Shown: positions 41,046-52,439 of the stretch, in pieces
How positions within the stretch are numbered: position 1 is the first letter of the stretch
Layout: each line of letters opens with the position of its first letter
The notes under the pieces: model-generated
What the model was told of the DNA's origin: nothing
Database searches by the model: none
Seen by the model: the letters and a program-made list of their open reading frames with translations, nothing else
From: Bryobacterales bacterium
GTDB taxonomy: Bacteria > Acidobacteriota > Terriglobia > Bryobacterales > UBA6623
DNA length: 64,000 nucleotides
Reading direction: 5' to 3'
Assembly (NCBI GenBank): GCA_963422375.2
Contig: OY729428.2
Location: 1,120,001 to 1,184,000, forward strand
Program-made: the position numbers and the translations under genes

Positions 41046-42710
41046 ATGGACCGCAGGAAATTCCTAGCAAGCACGGCCCGGGCCGCCGGGGCGCTGGCCG
41101 CCGCGGACTTCTTCAGCTATTGCGCCAGCGGCGGACTCGACTCGCTGAGCCCGGCTCTGATCGGCGCGGTCGAGGAGCACGCCCGGGAGGCTTCCGAGCC
41201 CGAGTTCCTCGTCTACTTCTTCATGGAAGGGGCGTGGATGAGCTACGACATGTTCGGCCCAGTCGTGCCGGCTCGCAACGACGCCGCCTTCTCCGAGCTC
41301 CCGCGGGATCCCGGCGACTGGGGCGTTATCTCCGACCACGCGTATCGCACGAAGGATCTGTCCCCGGAAGACTTCCGCCGGCACGGCGAGATCTTCCACG
41401 GACCGCTGGCCGAGGACGGCCGGGAGCTTTTCGGGGAGATGGCCATCCTGTCCAGCGCGCTGACCGGCAGCGGCCATACCCGGGACCGCTTCAAGGCGCA
41501 CTACGGCCACTACAGCGTCGACATGAAGGCACGGCGCGAGCCGGACGAGAGAACAGTCTTGCAGGCGTTCTGCGAGCGGGCCGGCCGCCCGTACCTGCTG
41601 CCGAATCTCAACTGGCATCGCTGGCTGTCCGACGGCGAGCTCGACATCGCCGCCTATCCCGAAGGGACCGGAATCTACCACGCGCTTGGGCCGAACTGGG
41701 CCCATATCGTCTATCCGCAAACACCGAAGTACACTCGCGGCCTAGTCGGCCAGACTCTCGCGATGCGCAACGACGACCGCAACCGGTCGGTCCAGCGGTT
41801 CTTGGAGCGACCGCGCCAGGCGGTCCTGTCCGACCGCAACAGCCCGGAGGTCCGGAGCTTCGCGTCGGCACTGGACGTCTACAAGCGCCTGCTGGAGAGC
41901 GGCGGCGAGCCGGTCGAGGCGGCGCGCCTGTTCCTGGACGCGGGCCTCCGCGAGGAATTCGGCGTGCGGCCCGCGGACGAGGAGATCCACTTCGAGCTGA
42001 TCAACCAGACCCTGCCGCGCAGCAAGTACACGCCGAACATCAACGTCCAGGCCATGATGATGTTCGAAATGATGACGAAGGGCCTGAGCTGCGCGGGCTG
42101 GCTCGAGAACCGGCTCGTCCGGGGATTCGACCACCACTGGAACCGCAAGCGGATCCTGTCCGGCTATCCCTTCGACCAGCGAGAGATGATGCGGACCCAG
42201 CTGTGGGACCCGCTCAAGGCGTTCGTGCGGAAGCTCCGGGAGACCGAGTACGGCAGCACGGGGAACTCGTTCTACGACTACACCACCATCGTCCTCGCCA
42301 GCGAGTTCGGTCGCACGGTCGGCGGGAGCGTGGCGAGCATCCTCGAGAACGCGGAGCTCGACGACGCCGAGAAGCGGGAGCAAATCCTGTCCCAGGACAT
42401 CAGCGCGCACAACCCGGTCAACTCGTGCGCCTTCATTGGGCCGCGGGTCCGCGGCGGCGCGCAGTTCGGATGGGTCGGGCAGAAGACGTTCCAGCCCGTT
42501 CCGATCCATCCCAAGACCGGCGACCTGGATCCCCGCTACGACCGCGACGGCAACGTGCGCCAAGGATTCAGCGGGCCCTCCGACGGGTTCATCGTTCCCA
42601 ATCACGGGCACATCTACGCCACAGCGTTGAAGCTGGCGGGCGTTGACCCTAAAGGGGCCGGGCGCAACGAGTCGCCGCACCTGCCGTTCATCCTCAAGGA
42701 CGAGGCATAG
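41046..42710 (+). CDS. DUF1501-like Tat-exported protein
   Basis: MDRRKFL Tat motif, YFFMEGAW..YDMF, GFDHH, TTIVLASEFGRT; TATAAT at 41002-41007 upstream. Confidence 0.75.
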   Translation: MDRRKFLASTARAAGALAAADFFSYCASGGLDSLSPALIGAVEEHAREASEPEFLVYFFMEGAWMSYDMFGPVVPARNDAAFSELPRDPGDWGVISDHAYRTKDLSPEDFRRHGEIFHGPLAEDGRELFGEMAILSSALTGSGHTRDRFKAHYGHYSVDMKARREPDERTVLQAFCERAGRPYLLPNLNWHRWLSDGELDIAAYPEGTGIYHALGPNWAHIVYPQTPKYTRGLVGQTLAMRNDDRNRSVQRFLERPRQAVLSDRNSPEVRSFASALDVYKRLLESGGEPVEAARLFLDAGLREEFGVRPADEEIHFELINQTLPRSKYTPNINVQAMMMFEMMTKGLSCAGWLENRLVRGFDHHWNRKRILSGYPFDQREMMRTQLWDPLKAFVRKLRETEYGSTGNSFYDYTTIVLASEFGRTVGGSVASILENAELDDAEKREQILSQDISAHNPVNSCAFIGPRVRGGAQFGWVGQKTFQPVPIHPKTGDLDPRYDRDGNVRQGFSGPSDGFIVPNHGHIYATALKLAGVDPKGAGRNESPHLPFILKDEA

Positions 42711-42732
42711 CGCAGCCGCCGGGAAGCTCGCC

Positions 42733-43872
42733 GTGCGCCGAGCTCGCGACGATTCCGATACCCTGACCGCGCCGGGCCGGGGCCTCGCGCGGGCGGCGGC
42801 CGCGACGAGCGTCCTGCTGTGGTGCGTTCCTGGCGGCCTCGGGCAGACCGCTCGCCTCGCGGATCCGACGCGCTTCTGGCTCCACGAATCGGAGTATGCC
42901 GGGGCACCGGCCTGCGAGGCCTGCCATGCGGAAATCTACGCCCGCCAGCAGGCCAGCAACCACGCCGCCTCGCTGCGGGTCGCAGGCGACGTGCCGGAAC
43001 TGCTGGCCGAGGTTCCGGCGGCCCGCCGCGACCGCGTGTCGGGGTTCGCCCTGACGCTCGATCGCGACCGCGCGGGCTCCCTGCGCATCCGGGCGCGGAG
43101 CGAGCGGGAGGAGAGCGCGGCGACGCTCGAATGGGCCTTCGGCAGCGGGATCAAGGGGGTGACCCCGATCGGAAGGACCGCGGCCGGCGAATGGGTGGAG
43201 AGCCGTCTGACGTGGTACGCGAGCCTGGGCACCGTCGACTTCACCACCGGCGCTTCGAAGCACGATCCGGAGGACGCCGTCGAGAGCCTCGGCCGCAGGC
43301 TGGACAGGCGGGAGGTCTCGGAATGCTTCGGCTGCCACACAACCGGCTACGACAGCCTGTCCGGCGCTCCGGCCGGGCCGTCCCTCGGCGTCCGCTGCGA
43401 GCGCTGCCACGGACCCGGCCGGGAGCACGCGCGGGCCGCGGCAAGCGGCCGGCCCGCGGCCGCGAAGATCTTCAACCCCGCGACGCTCGGCGGCTTCGCG
43501 CAAGCCCAGATGTGCGGCGCCTGCCACGGGCGGCCACCGCAGGACAACGACTTCGACGCCCTCGCCCTGCTGGAGCGAACGCCTCATAGCGTGCGGTTCC
43601 CCAGCCAAAGGATCGTTCTGAGCCGGTGCTTCAACGAGAGTTTCGGGGAGCTCGCCTGCACGGACTGCCACGACCCGCACGGCGATGTCGCCGACGAGGC
43701 CGGTTCCTTCGACGGCTCGTGCCGCTCGTGCCACGACCCGGCGGCGCGCCAGGGAGCGTCGGCCTGCCCGGTCGGCACGTCCGGCTGCTCGAGCTGCCAC
43801 ATGCCTAGGGAGAGAGTCATGCGCCATTCGACGTTCGCCGACCATTGGATCCGGGTTGTACACTCGAACTGA
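42733..43872 (+). CDS. Multiheme cytochrome c (7 CxxCH motifs)
   Basis: CEACH, CFGCH, CERCH, CGACH, CTDCH, CRSCH, CSSCH; start approximate. Confidence 0.88.
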   Translation: MRRARDDSDTLTAPGRGLARAAAATSVLLWCVPGGLGQTARLADPTRFWLHESEYAGAPACEACHAEIYARQQASNHAASLRVAGDVPELLAEVPAARRDRVSGFALTLDRDRAGSLRIRARSEREESAATLEWAFGSGIKGVTPIGRTAAGEWVESRLTWYASLGTVDFTTGASKHDPEDAVESLGRRLDRREVSECFGCHTTGYDSLSGAPAGPSLGVRCERCHGPGREHARAAASGRPAAAKIFNPATLGGFAQAQMCGACHGRPPQDNDFDALALLERTPHSVRFPSQRIVLSRCFNESFGELACTDCHDPHGDVADEAGSFDGSCRSCHDPAARQGASACPVGTSGCSSCHMPRERVMRHSTFADHWIRVVHSN

Positions 43873-43897
43873 CCCCGGGCGACGGCAGGCAGCGCGG

Positions 43898-45760
43898 ATG
43901 GATCGTCGAGTCAGCTCCGGGACGCTCGCGCGCGCCGCCTTGGCCGCCTTGGCCGCGACGGCGGCAGCGTTCCCGCAGCCGGCCGCTCTCGGCCCGGCCG
44001 ACTACCGGGAGATCGAGGGCCTCTTCCTAGCCGCCAAGCGGCACGAGGCCGCCGGCGAGCTGCACGAGGCCGCGAGCCGATACCGCCAGCTCCTCGGCAA
44101 GTACCCCTCCGCCGTGCCGAGGGCGTACCACAACCTCGGCCTCGTGCAGTACCGCCAACGCGATTACCCCGGAGCGATCCTGACGCTCGAGAAGGGGCTG
44201 GCGCTCGACGCGAATATGTGGCCCAGCCGCCTGTTCCTAGGCATGGCCTACCTGTACAAGGAGCGCCCGGAGTCCGCCCTGCCCCATCTCGAGGCGGCGC
44301 ACGCGAGGCAGCCGGGCTTCGAGAGCGGCCTGGCCCTCGGGCAGGCGTACCAGGCGCACAAGCTTCACGAGAAGGCGATCCAGCGCTTCGAGGAAGCGCT
44401 GCCGCTGGCCGCGCGCAGGGAGGACGAGGCCAGCGCCCTGTACTCGACCGGCCAAGCCTACCTGAAGCTCGCGGAGAGCATCGCCAACCGCCAGTCCGAG
44501 CGCTTTCCCGAATCCAAGGACACCTACGTAGTCGCCGCCAAGCTCTTCGAGAGCCAGCGCGGTTACCAGATCGCGGCCATCAAGTACCTCGAGGCTTCCG
44601 AGCTGGATCCGATGAACGCGTCGATCTTCTTCCCGCTGGCGCGGATGCTCGCGATCCTCGGGCTCGAGGCCGAGTCGCGCCTCGCCTTGGAGCGCTACTG
44701 GGACCTGCTTCCCTCCGTTCCGCGGACGCCGATCGACAGGCAGTTGCTGCCAAGGGAGCAAGTTGCCGAGATCGGCACGAAGGTCGACTTCGGGGGCATC
44801 CTGCGGTCCCTGCCGCCGGTCGCGCCTGACCGGCTCCCGCCCCTGCCGATCCTGCCGGGGGACATCAACAGCGAGATCAGCGCCCGCCTGAGCCGGGACG
44901 GCGACCGCGAGTGGGCCGCCGCCGTCGAAGCGGTATCCGCCGGCAGGTTCAGGGAGGCCCTCGGGCTGCTCGCCTCGCTCGGGGACCCCGGCGAGCGCTG
45001 GCTCCGCGACTACCTGCTGGCGAGCGTTCACGTGCTGCTGGACGACTACCGCCAAGCGGCCCGGGTGTCGGCCGGAAGGGCGCTGTCGGAATCCTCGTCG
45101 CAAGCCGCCCAGGTGCTGCGCGCCGAGGTGTTCCGGCAGACCTCGATCGAGTACTTCGACCGGCTGGTCCGCGAGCACCCCGACTCCTGCCGCACCAGGC
45201 TCGTCCGGGCCATGAACTTCGCTTCCCGGGAGATGGAGGAAGCGGAGGCCGAATTCCTCGCCGCCATCGAAGCGTGCCCCTTCGACACCGAGATCCGGAT
45301 CGAGCTCGCGGACTACTACCTCTCGAACTCTCGGTACGTCGAGGCACGCGACGCCTGCGCGGAGGAACTGGCCATCCATCCCCACTCCAGCGCGGCGAAG
45401 AAACGACTGGGGCGGATTCACGTGCAGCTGCGCGAAGCCGACAAGGCGCTGCCGTACCTGACCGCCGCGGCCGAGGCCGACTCGGAGGATCCGGACGTGC
45501 GGTCCGATATGGGCCGGGCCTACGAGCTGATCGGAAAAACCGAGGAGGCGGTGGCCCAGTACCGGCTCGCGCTGGAGCTGAATCCCGGCATGAACCGTGT
45601 GCATTACGTGCTGGCGAGGCTTTACCGGCAGCTCGGGCGGGACGACCAAGCTCGAGCGGAGTTCGAGCGCTTCAAGCAGAACGAGGAGGAGGAGCGGCAG
45701 GCGCGGGTCGCGCGGATCCAGCGCCTGCGGCAGAAGGATGCGCCCGAGACTTCGCCCTGA
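43898..45760 (+). CDS. Tetratricopeptide repeat protein
   Basis: Signal peptide then repeated TPR motifs (AYHNLGLV, LFLGMAYL, HYVLARLY). Confidence 0.85.
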   Translation: MDRRVSSGTLARAALAALAATAAAFPQPAALGPADYREIEGLFLAAKRHEAAGELHEAASRYRQLLGKYPSAVPRAYHNLGLVQYRQRDYPGAILTLEKGLALDANMWPSRLFLGMAYLYKERPESALPHLEAAHARQPGFESGLALGQAYQAHKLHEKAIQRFEEALPLAARREDEASALYSTGQAYLKLAESIANRQSERFPESKDTYVVAAKLFESQRGYQIAAIKYLEASELDPMNASIFFPLARMLAILGLEAESRLALERYWDLLPSVPRTPIDRQLLPREQVAEIGTKVDFGGILRSLPPVAPDRLPPLPILPGDINSEISARLSRDGDREWAAAVEAVSAGRFREALGLLASLGDPGERWLRDYLLASVHVLLDDYRQAARVSAGRALSESSSQAAQVLRAEVFRQTSIEYFDRLVREHPDSCRTRLVRAMNFASREMEEAEAEFLAAIEACPFDTEIRIELADYYLSNSRYVEARDACAEELAIHPHSSAAKKRLGRIHVQLREADKALPYLTAAAEADSEDPDVRSDMGRAYELIGKTEEAVAQYRLALELNPGMNRVHYVLARLYRQLGRDDQARAEFERFKQNEEEERQARVARIQRLRQKDAPETSP

Positions 45761-45862
45761 GCGGGGGAGCCGGGCCGCGGGGCCGGGACCTCGGTCCCTC
45801 CGGGGCGGCGGCTGCCGGAGTCGGGACCCGCGCGAGTCGCGCCGACGGGCGCGAGCGGAGGC

Positions 45863-47623
45863 TTGCCCGTGAACCGCCGCCAGTTCGCCAGACTGGGAGT
45901 CCCGGCCTGCCTAGCCGGGCCGCGGGCCTTCCTGGGCGGACGCCGGCTCGGAGCGCAGGCCGGCGGGCCGAGGAGGCCGTACGGCGTGCGGTTCGTCGAC
46001 ATCGCCCCCGAGGCCGGTCTGACCGAGACCGTCTACTACGGAGGCGCTGACCGCGTGCGCTACATCGTGGAGGCTAACGGCTGCGGCGTGGCGTTCTGCG
46101 ACTACGACAACGACGGCTGGCTCGACATCTTCGTCCTCAACGGAACGCGGCTCGACGGGCTCCCTGACGGCGCGCGACCGACGAACCGGCTGTACCACAA
46201 CAACCGCGACGGCACCTTCACCGACGTCACCGCCGAGAGCGGCCTGGCCCGGAGCGGCTGGGCGAACAGCGTCTGCATCGGGGACTTCGACAACGATGGC
46301 CACGACGACCTGTTCGTCACCTACTGGGGGCAGAACGTCCTCTATCGCAACAACGGCGACGGGACATTCAGCGACGTCACCCTCGACGCCGGCCTGGGCG
46401 GCTTCCCGGACCGCTGGAACGCCGGAGCGACCTTCGTGGACTACGACCGGGACGGCTACCTGGACCTGCTGGTCACCAACTACGTGGAAGTCGACCTCGA
46501 GAGGCTGCCGCTGCCCGGACAGGGCAGCAACTGCAGGTGGAAGGGCGTCCCCGTGTTCTGCGGGCCGCGCGGGATGAAAGGGACCCGCAACTACCTCTAC
46601 CGCAACAACCGCGACGGCACCTTCACCGACGTGAGCGCCGAGAGCGGCATTCACGACCCGCACGGGTATTACGGGATGACCGCCGTGGTCGCCGACATCG
46701 ACACCGACGGGTGGACCGACATCTACGTGGCCTGCGATTCGACGCCGAGCATCCTGTACCGCAACAACCGCGACGGCACCTTCACGGACATCGCCGTAGA
46801 GAGCGGAGTGGCCTACAGCGAGGACGGCCGGGAGCAGGCCGGCATGGGGCTCGCGCTGGGCGATTTCGACGGGGACGGCGGCCTCGACATCGTCAAGACC
46901 CTGTTCGCCGACGAGATGCCGGCCCTGTACCGGAATCGCGGCAACGGCACGTTCGCGGACATGTCGGTCGCGGCGGGCCTGCATGCCGTGACGCAGCACG
47001 TCCAGTGGGGCGTCGGCCTGGTCGACTTCGACAACGACGGCCGGCCCGACCTCTTCTACTCCGTAGGCAACCTGTACCCGCGCGTCGAACGTTTCAACAG
47101 CCGGTACCCCTACCGCGGCCCGCGCTTCCTGTTCCGCAACCGGGGCGACGGCACGTTCGACAACATCACCGCCGAATGCGGCCCGGGCCTCACCACTCCG
47201 CACTCGAGCCGCGGCTGCGCGTTCGGCGATTTCGACAATGACGGCGACATGGACATCGTCGTCATGAACATGAACGAGCCGCCGTCCCTGATCCGCGCGG
47301 ACGTGTCGAACGGCAACAACTGGCTCAAGGTCAAGCTCGCGGGAGTGGAGTCGAACCGGACGGCGATCGGGGCGCGGGTCGACGTCACGGCGGGAGGCCT
47401 GCGCCAGTCGCAGGTCGTCCAGAGCCAGTCGAGCTACTACTCGGTCAACGATCTCCGCCTGCACTTCGGCCTGGGACGCGCGGCAAGGGCGGACTCGGTG
47501 ACAATTCGCTGGCCCAGCGGCAGGCGAGAGGAGCTGGCGAACGTGCGAGCGAATCGCGTCGTCCTCGTCGAGGAGGGACGCGGCATCGTCCGCTCGCAGA
47601 AGCTACCCAACGCCCGGGAGTAG
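45863..47623 (+). CDS. CRTAC1 family protein (FG-GAP repeats + ASPIC/UnbV)
   Basis: DYDNDGWLD, GDFDNDG repeats, SRGCAFGD, AIGARV, LHFGLG, WPSG. Confidence 0.93.
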   Translation: MPVNRRQFARLGVPACLAGPRAFLGGRRLGAQAGGPRRPYGVRFVDIAPEAGLTETVYYGGADRVRYIVEANGCGVAFCDYDNDGWLDIFVLNGTRLDGLPDGARPTNRLYHNNRDGTFTDVTAESGLARSGWANSVCIGDFDNDGHDDLFVTYWGQNVLYRNNGDGTFSDVTLDAGLGGFPDRWNAGATFVDYDRDGYLDLLVTNYVEVDLERLPLPGQGSNCRWKGVPVFCGPRGMKGTRNYLYRNNRDGTFTDVSAESGIHDPHGYYGMTAVVADIDTDGWTDIYVACDSTPSILYRNNRDGTFTDIAVESGVAYSEDGREQAGMGLALGDFDGDGGLDIVKTLFADEMPALYRNRGNGTFADMSVAAGLHAVTQHVQWGVGLVDFDNDGRPDLFYSVGNLYPRVERFNSRYPYRGPRFLFRNRGDGTFDNITAECGPGLTTPHSSRGCAFGDFDNDGDMDIVVMNMNEPPSLIRADVSNGNNWLKVKLAGVESNRTAIGARVDVTAGGLRQSQVVQSQSSYYSVNDLRLHFGLGRAARADSVTIRWPSGRREELANVRANRVVLVEEGRGIVRSQKLPNARE

Positions 47624-47638
47624 CCGGGCAGCGCGCCC

Positions 47639-49522
47639 TCAGGAGCCGGCGGGCAGCAGCTCGGCGATACCCTCGTAGCCCCGCTCGGAAGCAAGCGAGC
47701 GGGCGGTCGCGCCGTCCGCCGTCCTAGCCGACGGGTCCGCGCCACGGCCCAGCAGCTCCCGCACGACGAGGGTGCGGCCGCGGGCGGCGGCGATGATCAG
47801 CGACGTGAAGCCTCGCTCGTCCCTTGCCTCGAGATCGGCGCCGCGATCCAGCAGGGACTGCACGCCAGCAAGCGTGCCGGCGGACGAGGCCAGCATCAGC
47901 GGCGTCACCCCGCCCGGACCGGCCCTGTTGGGATCGGCGGCGGCCAGCACATCGAGCACCCCGGAATGCCCTTCCGCCGCGGCGAACATAAGGGCCGTGC
48001 TGCCTTCGATGTCCGGGAGGTCGGGGTCGGCCCCTCCGGCCACCAGCGTCTCGACCGTGGCCGAGTGCCCCTCGTAAGACGCCATCATCAGCGCGGTGCG
48101 CCCTCCGGGCGTCCGGAGGTCCGGGTCGGCCCCTCCCGCGAGCAGGGCCGTCACGGCCGAGGCGTGGCCGTCGGCGGCGGCCAGCACGAGCGGGGTGCTG
48201 CCCTCGGCGTCGACGGAATCGACGCCGGCGCCGTCCGCGAGCAAGACCGCAATTCTGGCGGCGCGCCCGGTGGACGCGACGATGCGTAGCAGCTGGTCGA
48301 GGTCCTCGGTCACGCCGGCGCGCTCGAACAGCCAAGCAGCCTCGTCGCGGCCGGCCAAGGCGGCATGCGCCGGCGCATCGACGTCGGCACCAGCCGCCAG
48401 GAGGGCCTCCAAGACCAGCAGGTCGCCGCGGCTCGCCGCGACCATCAGCGCCGTCTGGCGGTCCGGGGACCAACGCCGGACGTCGGAACCGCTGCGGAGC
48501 AGGAAGTCGACCATCGAGCGGTCCGCATTCGCGACGGCGATCGTCTGGGGGGTCGCGCCGCCGCCGCTGAGGGCGTGGACGTCGGCGCCCGCGTCGACGA
48601 GGATGCGAGCCATCGTCGGCAGCCCCTTCGCCACGGCCAGCGCCAAGGCCGTGCGACCACCCTCGCCGCGGCCCTCCAGGTCGACGCCGGTCGCCAGGAG
48701 GGCCCTCACGACGGCTGTCTGGCCCTCCCACGCCGCCATCAGCAAGGGCGTTCAGCCGTCCGCGCTTGCCAAGGAGGGGTCGGCGCCAGCCCGCAGCAGG
48801 TCCTCGACCACCGGGAGATGCCCCTCCACCGAGGCCAGCATCAGCGCCGTGACCGCTCCGCCCGCGACCGTGCCGCCCTGCACAGCAATCGGGACACCCG
48901 GCGTGCTCCGGCGGTTGACGTCCGCGCCGCGCCTGGCCAGAAGGAGGGCCATCTCGCGGTGACCGTAGACGGAAGCGGTCATCAGCGCGGTCACTCCGCG
49001 GCTATCGCTCGCATGCACCTCGGCGTTGGCGGCGAGCGCGCGCCGCGCATCGCTGGCGCGCCCGACAAAGAGCAGCGCCTCACTCGGGGTCCAGCTCGCA
49101 CCGGCACCGCGCAGCACCTCGACAGCCTCGGTCCGCCCCATCAGCGCCGCTTGCACCAGGGCGGATTCCCCGAGCCCGTCAACGGCAGAGACGTCCGCCC
49201 CGTGACGCAGCAACGCACCCGCGATCCCCGCGTGGCCGTTGGCAGCGGCGTACATCAGAGCCGTGCGGCCGTCCACCGAGCGGGCATCGACTCTCGCACC
49301 GGCCTCGGCTAGCGCCTCGACCGCCGGTCCGGACCCCTTCGCCGAGGCCAGGATCAAGGCGGTCACGCCTCCCAGGGGAATCTCGATTCCGTCCGAAGCT
49401 ACGGTCGCGCCGGCGGAGCCGCGGGAGTCGGCCTCCGCCCCGTGCGCCAACAGCAGACCCACGACCACCGTGTGGCCGCGGAAGGCCGCGGCCATGAGAG
49501 GCGTCTGGCCCGCGTCGTCCGG
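47639..49522 (-). pseudogene. Ankyrin repeat protein, 5'-truncated and split by TGA at 48752-48754
   Basis: Many G.T(P/A)LM.AA..G ... LL..GAD repeats; ORFs 48752..49495 and 47639..48745 are in the same frame. Confidence 0.85.
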
Positions 49523-50796
49523 AAGTCGCCTTCTACGACCACGACGGCTGGCTCGACGTGTTCCTGCTCAATGGATCCCGCCGCGGCGGGTTCGAAGGCG
49601 GACTGGAACCCACGAACCGCCTGTACAGGAACAACCGCGACGGAACCTTCACCGACGTAACCGAGGAATCGGGCCTGGCCCGGTCCGGATGGGCGAGCGG
49701 CGTCTGCGTAGGGGACTACAACAACGACGGCTTCGACGACCTATTCGTCAGCTATCGGGGCCGCAACGTCCTCTACCGCAACAACGGCGACGGCACCTTC
49801 AGCGACGTCACGGAGCGGGCCCAGATCTCCGACGCCGCCGGCTACGGCCTGACCTCGATGGCGCTGGACTACGACGCGGACGGCTGGCAGGACATCTACG
49901 TCGCCTGCGACTCGAGTCCGAGCATCCTGTTCCGCAACAATCGCGACGGCACGTTCACCAACATCGCGACCTGGAAGGGCCTGGCCTACAGTCCCGACGG
50001 GGCGGCCCAAGCCGGCATGGGGCTGGCAATCGGCGACTACTCGGGCGACGGGCAGCTCGACATTCTCAAGACGCACTTCGCCGACGACATGCCGGGCCTC
50101 TACCGCAACGACGGGCAGGGCTTTTTCCGGGATGTATCCGCCGCGGCCGGCCTGCGCGCCAGCTTGAGGCACTTGGAATGGGGCGCCGGGATCGCGGACT
50201 TCGACAACGACGGGCGGCCCGACATCTTCTACGTCACAGGCAGCGTGTACCCCGAGGTCGAGGCGTTCAATCCCGACTACCCCTACAGGGGCCCGCGGTT
50301 CCTCTTCCGCAACCCGGGCGGCGGGAGGTTCGCCAACGTCAGCGACCGCTGCGGGCCAGGCTTGGTCGCGCGGCATTCTAGCCGGGGCTGCGCGTTCGGC
50401 GACTTCGACAACGACGGTGACCTGGACGTCCTCGTGATGAACATGAACGAGCCCCCATCGCTACTACGGGCGGACGTGCAGTCGGGTCACCACTGGCTCA
50501 AGGTCAAGCTGGTCGGCGTGGAGTCCAATCGGACCACGATCGGGGCTCGGGTGACCGTGCGGTCCGGCAGGTGGGTGCAAGCCCAGGAACTGCACAGCCA
50601 GACGAGCTACCTGTCCGTGAACGACCTGCGGTTGCATTTCGGCTTGGGTCCAGCCAGCCAGGCAGACTCGATCCACGTCGCATGGCCGAACGGCCGCCAA
50701 GAGACCGTCAGGGACGTCGGCACCAACCTGCTGGTGTATCTCAAGGAAGGCAGCGGAATCGTACGCACGGAGCGCTTCGAGCCGCGGACGGACTGA
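49523..50796 (+). pseudogene. CRTAC1 family paralogue, 5'-truncated with internal deletion
   Basis: Begins abruptly at VAF-YDHDGWLDVF; lacks signal peptide and the roughly 80-aa segment between two DGTF.DV repeats present in 45863..47623. Confidence 0.8.
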
Positions 50797-51763
50797 TGCC
50801 GCAATGTTTGCACTGCCGCGGGGTAGCCAGCTTCGCTTCCGTCTCGGTGGACGGCCCAATTTGCCATGAGTCAGGGGTCTGGGCCGGGGCGATCGGAAGT
50901 TGGCCCGAAGGCGTATGATCGCCGAGTCCTATACGGCCTGCTGGCTGATCGTATCGCTCGCGACCCGGGTTTCATTGGCGTTTCATTCCGCAACGTGCTC
51001 TATGATCAGTCTCATTGGCGGCGGACTTGCGATCATAGTCAGCCAAGATTCTTCAATATTCATGGCGAGACGATCCAGAGAATTTTCGATACGGTTATCA
51101 GAGAGAAATGAAGAATATTTTACTCAGTTCGTGAACCTATCTACGAATCTAAAAACCGTCAATATTCAAGATTCTCCATTCTTACATCGACACGAGAACC
51201 GCATATCGCCGTATCATGGAACAACGATTCTCGTTGCTGAAGAAGAGTACGGAAAAATAGCCAAGGGGTTGACTCGACGTCAGTTCCTTAACTGTGCGGC
51301 AATTGCCGTTACGGGTCCGTCTACGACGAACGGGCTGGGACGCTAACCCGACGAGGCTGAACTGAGTGCAAGGCGACTGTCGGACGACTAACGAGCATTC
51401 GGGAGTCACCGCTGCATCGGGAGTTCGCAGCGCCTCTGCTCAGACGCGATACTTGCGCTGGTCGCCTGTAGCGAGGAGTCGCATTCGATGCCCGCCTGCG
51501 ACTTGGAGTCGGTCCCGTCCGGACGCGCACACATGACTGCATTCAGCACTGCACGACCTGTCTGTTCGCTACGCCGAACTGCTGTGAAACAAGACTCAGC
51601 CACCTAGGCACGGGGTGCACACTTCTACCGGTCGGACGAACAGCGATCTCCGCTGTGGCGTCTTCCTTGCTGCTCCGCCGTGCGTTCGCGACGGGTGCGG
51701 GCAGCCCCGATTGTGGCCCGGGCTCGCACGCTGGGCCAGGGGGGAGTGAGGGCGCGGGCCGCG

Positions 51764-52247
51764 CTAGGGGCGAGCACGGAGTCGCCGCCGGGCCGTCATC
51801 GCCCGGTGGAAGCCGTGAAACTGGCAGTCCTTGGCGCGGGCGGCCCCGCGGGGGTACTCGATCAGCAGCACCCGCAGGTGCGGGCTGCCGCTGCGGGCGA
51901 CGCCGGAGCGGCGCTTGCCGGCGCACTCGTTGCTGCCCGGGGGCAAGCCCGCCCAAGCCGCGAAATGCTCCGCGCCGGGGAAGGCGGCAGGCGCCCAGGG
52001 CGTCGACCCCGGGCATGATCTGCAGCACAGACAGCAGGGGCTCGCGCTCCCGCAGGCTCTCCTCCAGGCGACCGTCCAGCGCGGCTAAGTTCGCGAACGA
52101 AGGGTCGAAGACCTGCAGCTGCCGGCGCAGAATCCAGAGCCCCTCGCCGTCGAGGCGGCCCTGCAGGACCTCCGCGCGACCGTCCAGCGAGGCGAGGATC
52201 TGCGCGCTCGGGAGGCCCTCGACCGGGCGGGCGAGCAGAGGCGGCAC
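51764..52247 (-). mobile_element. IS110-family transposase remnant
   Basis: MPGVD, AAWAGL.PG, NECAGKRRSG..RSGSPHLR in shifting frames. Confidence 0.7.
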
Positions 52248-52439
52248 CCGTTCAGGCCGAACTGGTGGCTATTTCGGTCGGGAGCGATGGCGCATTCGGA
52301 GAAGTCGCGATCAAGCGTTCCAATCCCAAGCGACTGCGCAGTCCGATTTGACGTGATCCTCCTTTCCGGTCAGTAGCGATCGCGTTTGCTGTTCCAAGGA
52401 CAGGGACCGGGGCGTCGCGGCAGCGAGCGCTGGGTCCCG

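Noticed and set aside
3887..48754. Stop-codon recoding (TGA read-through or selenocysteine) explaining in-frame stops
   Set aside because: Internal stops include TGA, TAA and TAG, fall at Arg/Trp/Tyr-like positions, and TGA terminates many intact genes normally
50866..51346. Low-GC ORFs including a TRRQFL Tat-like motif
   Set aside because: Short, interrupted and without recognisable family; probably eroded foreign DNA
51580..51763. Bridge-RNA-encoding non-coding end of the IS110 relic
   Set aside because: Transposase is badly degraded, and element ends and RNA structure cannot be supported by eye
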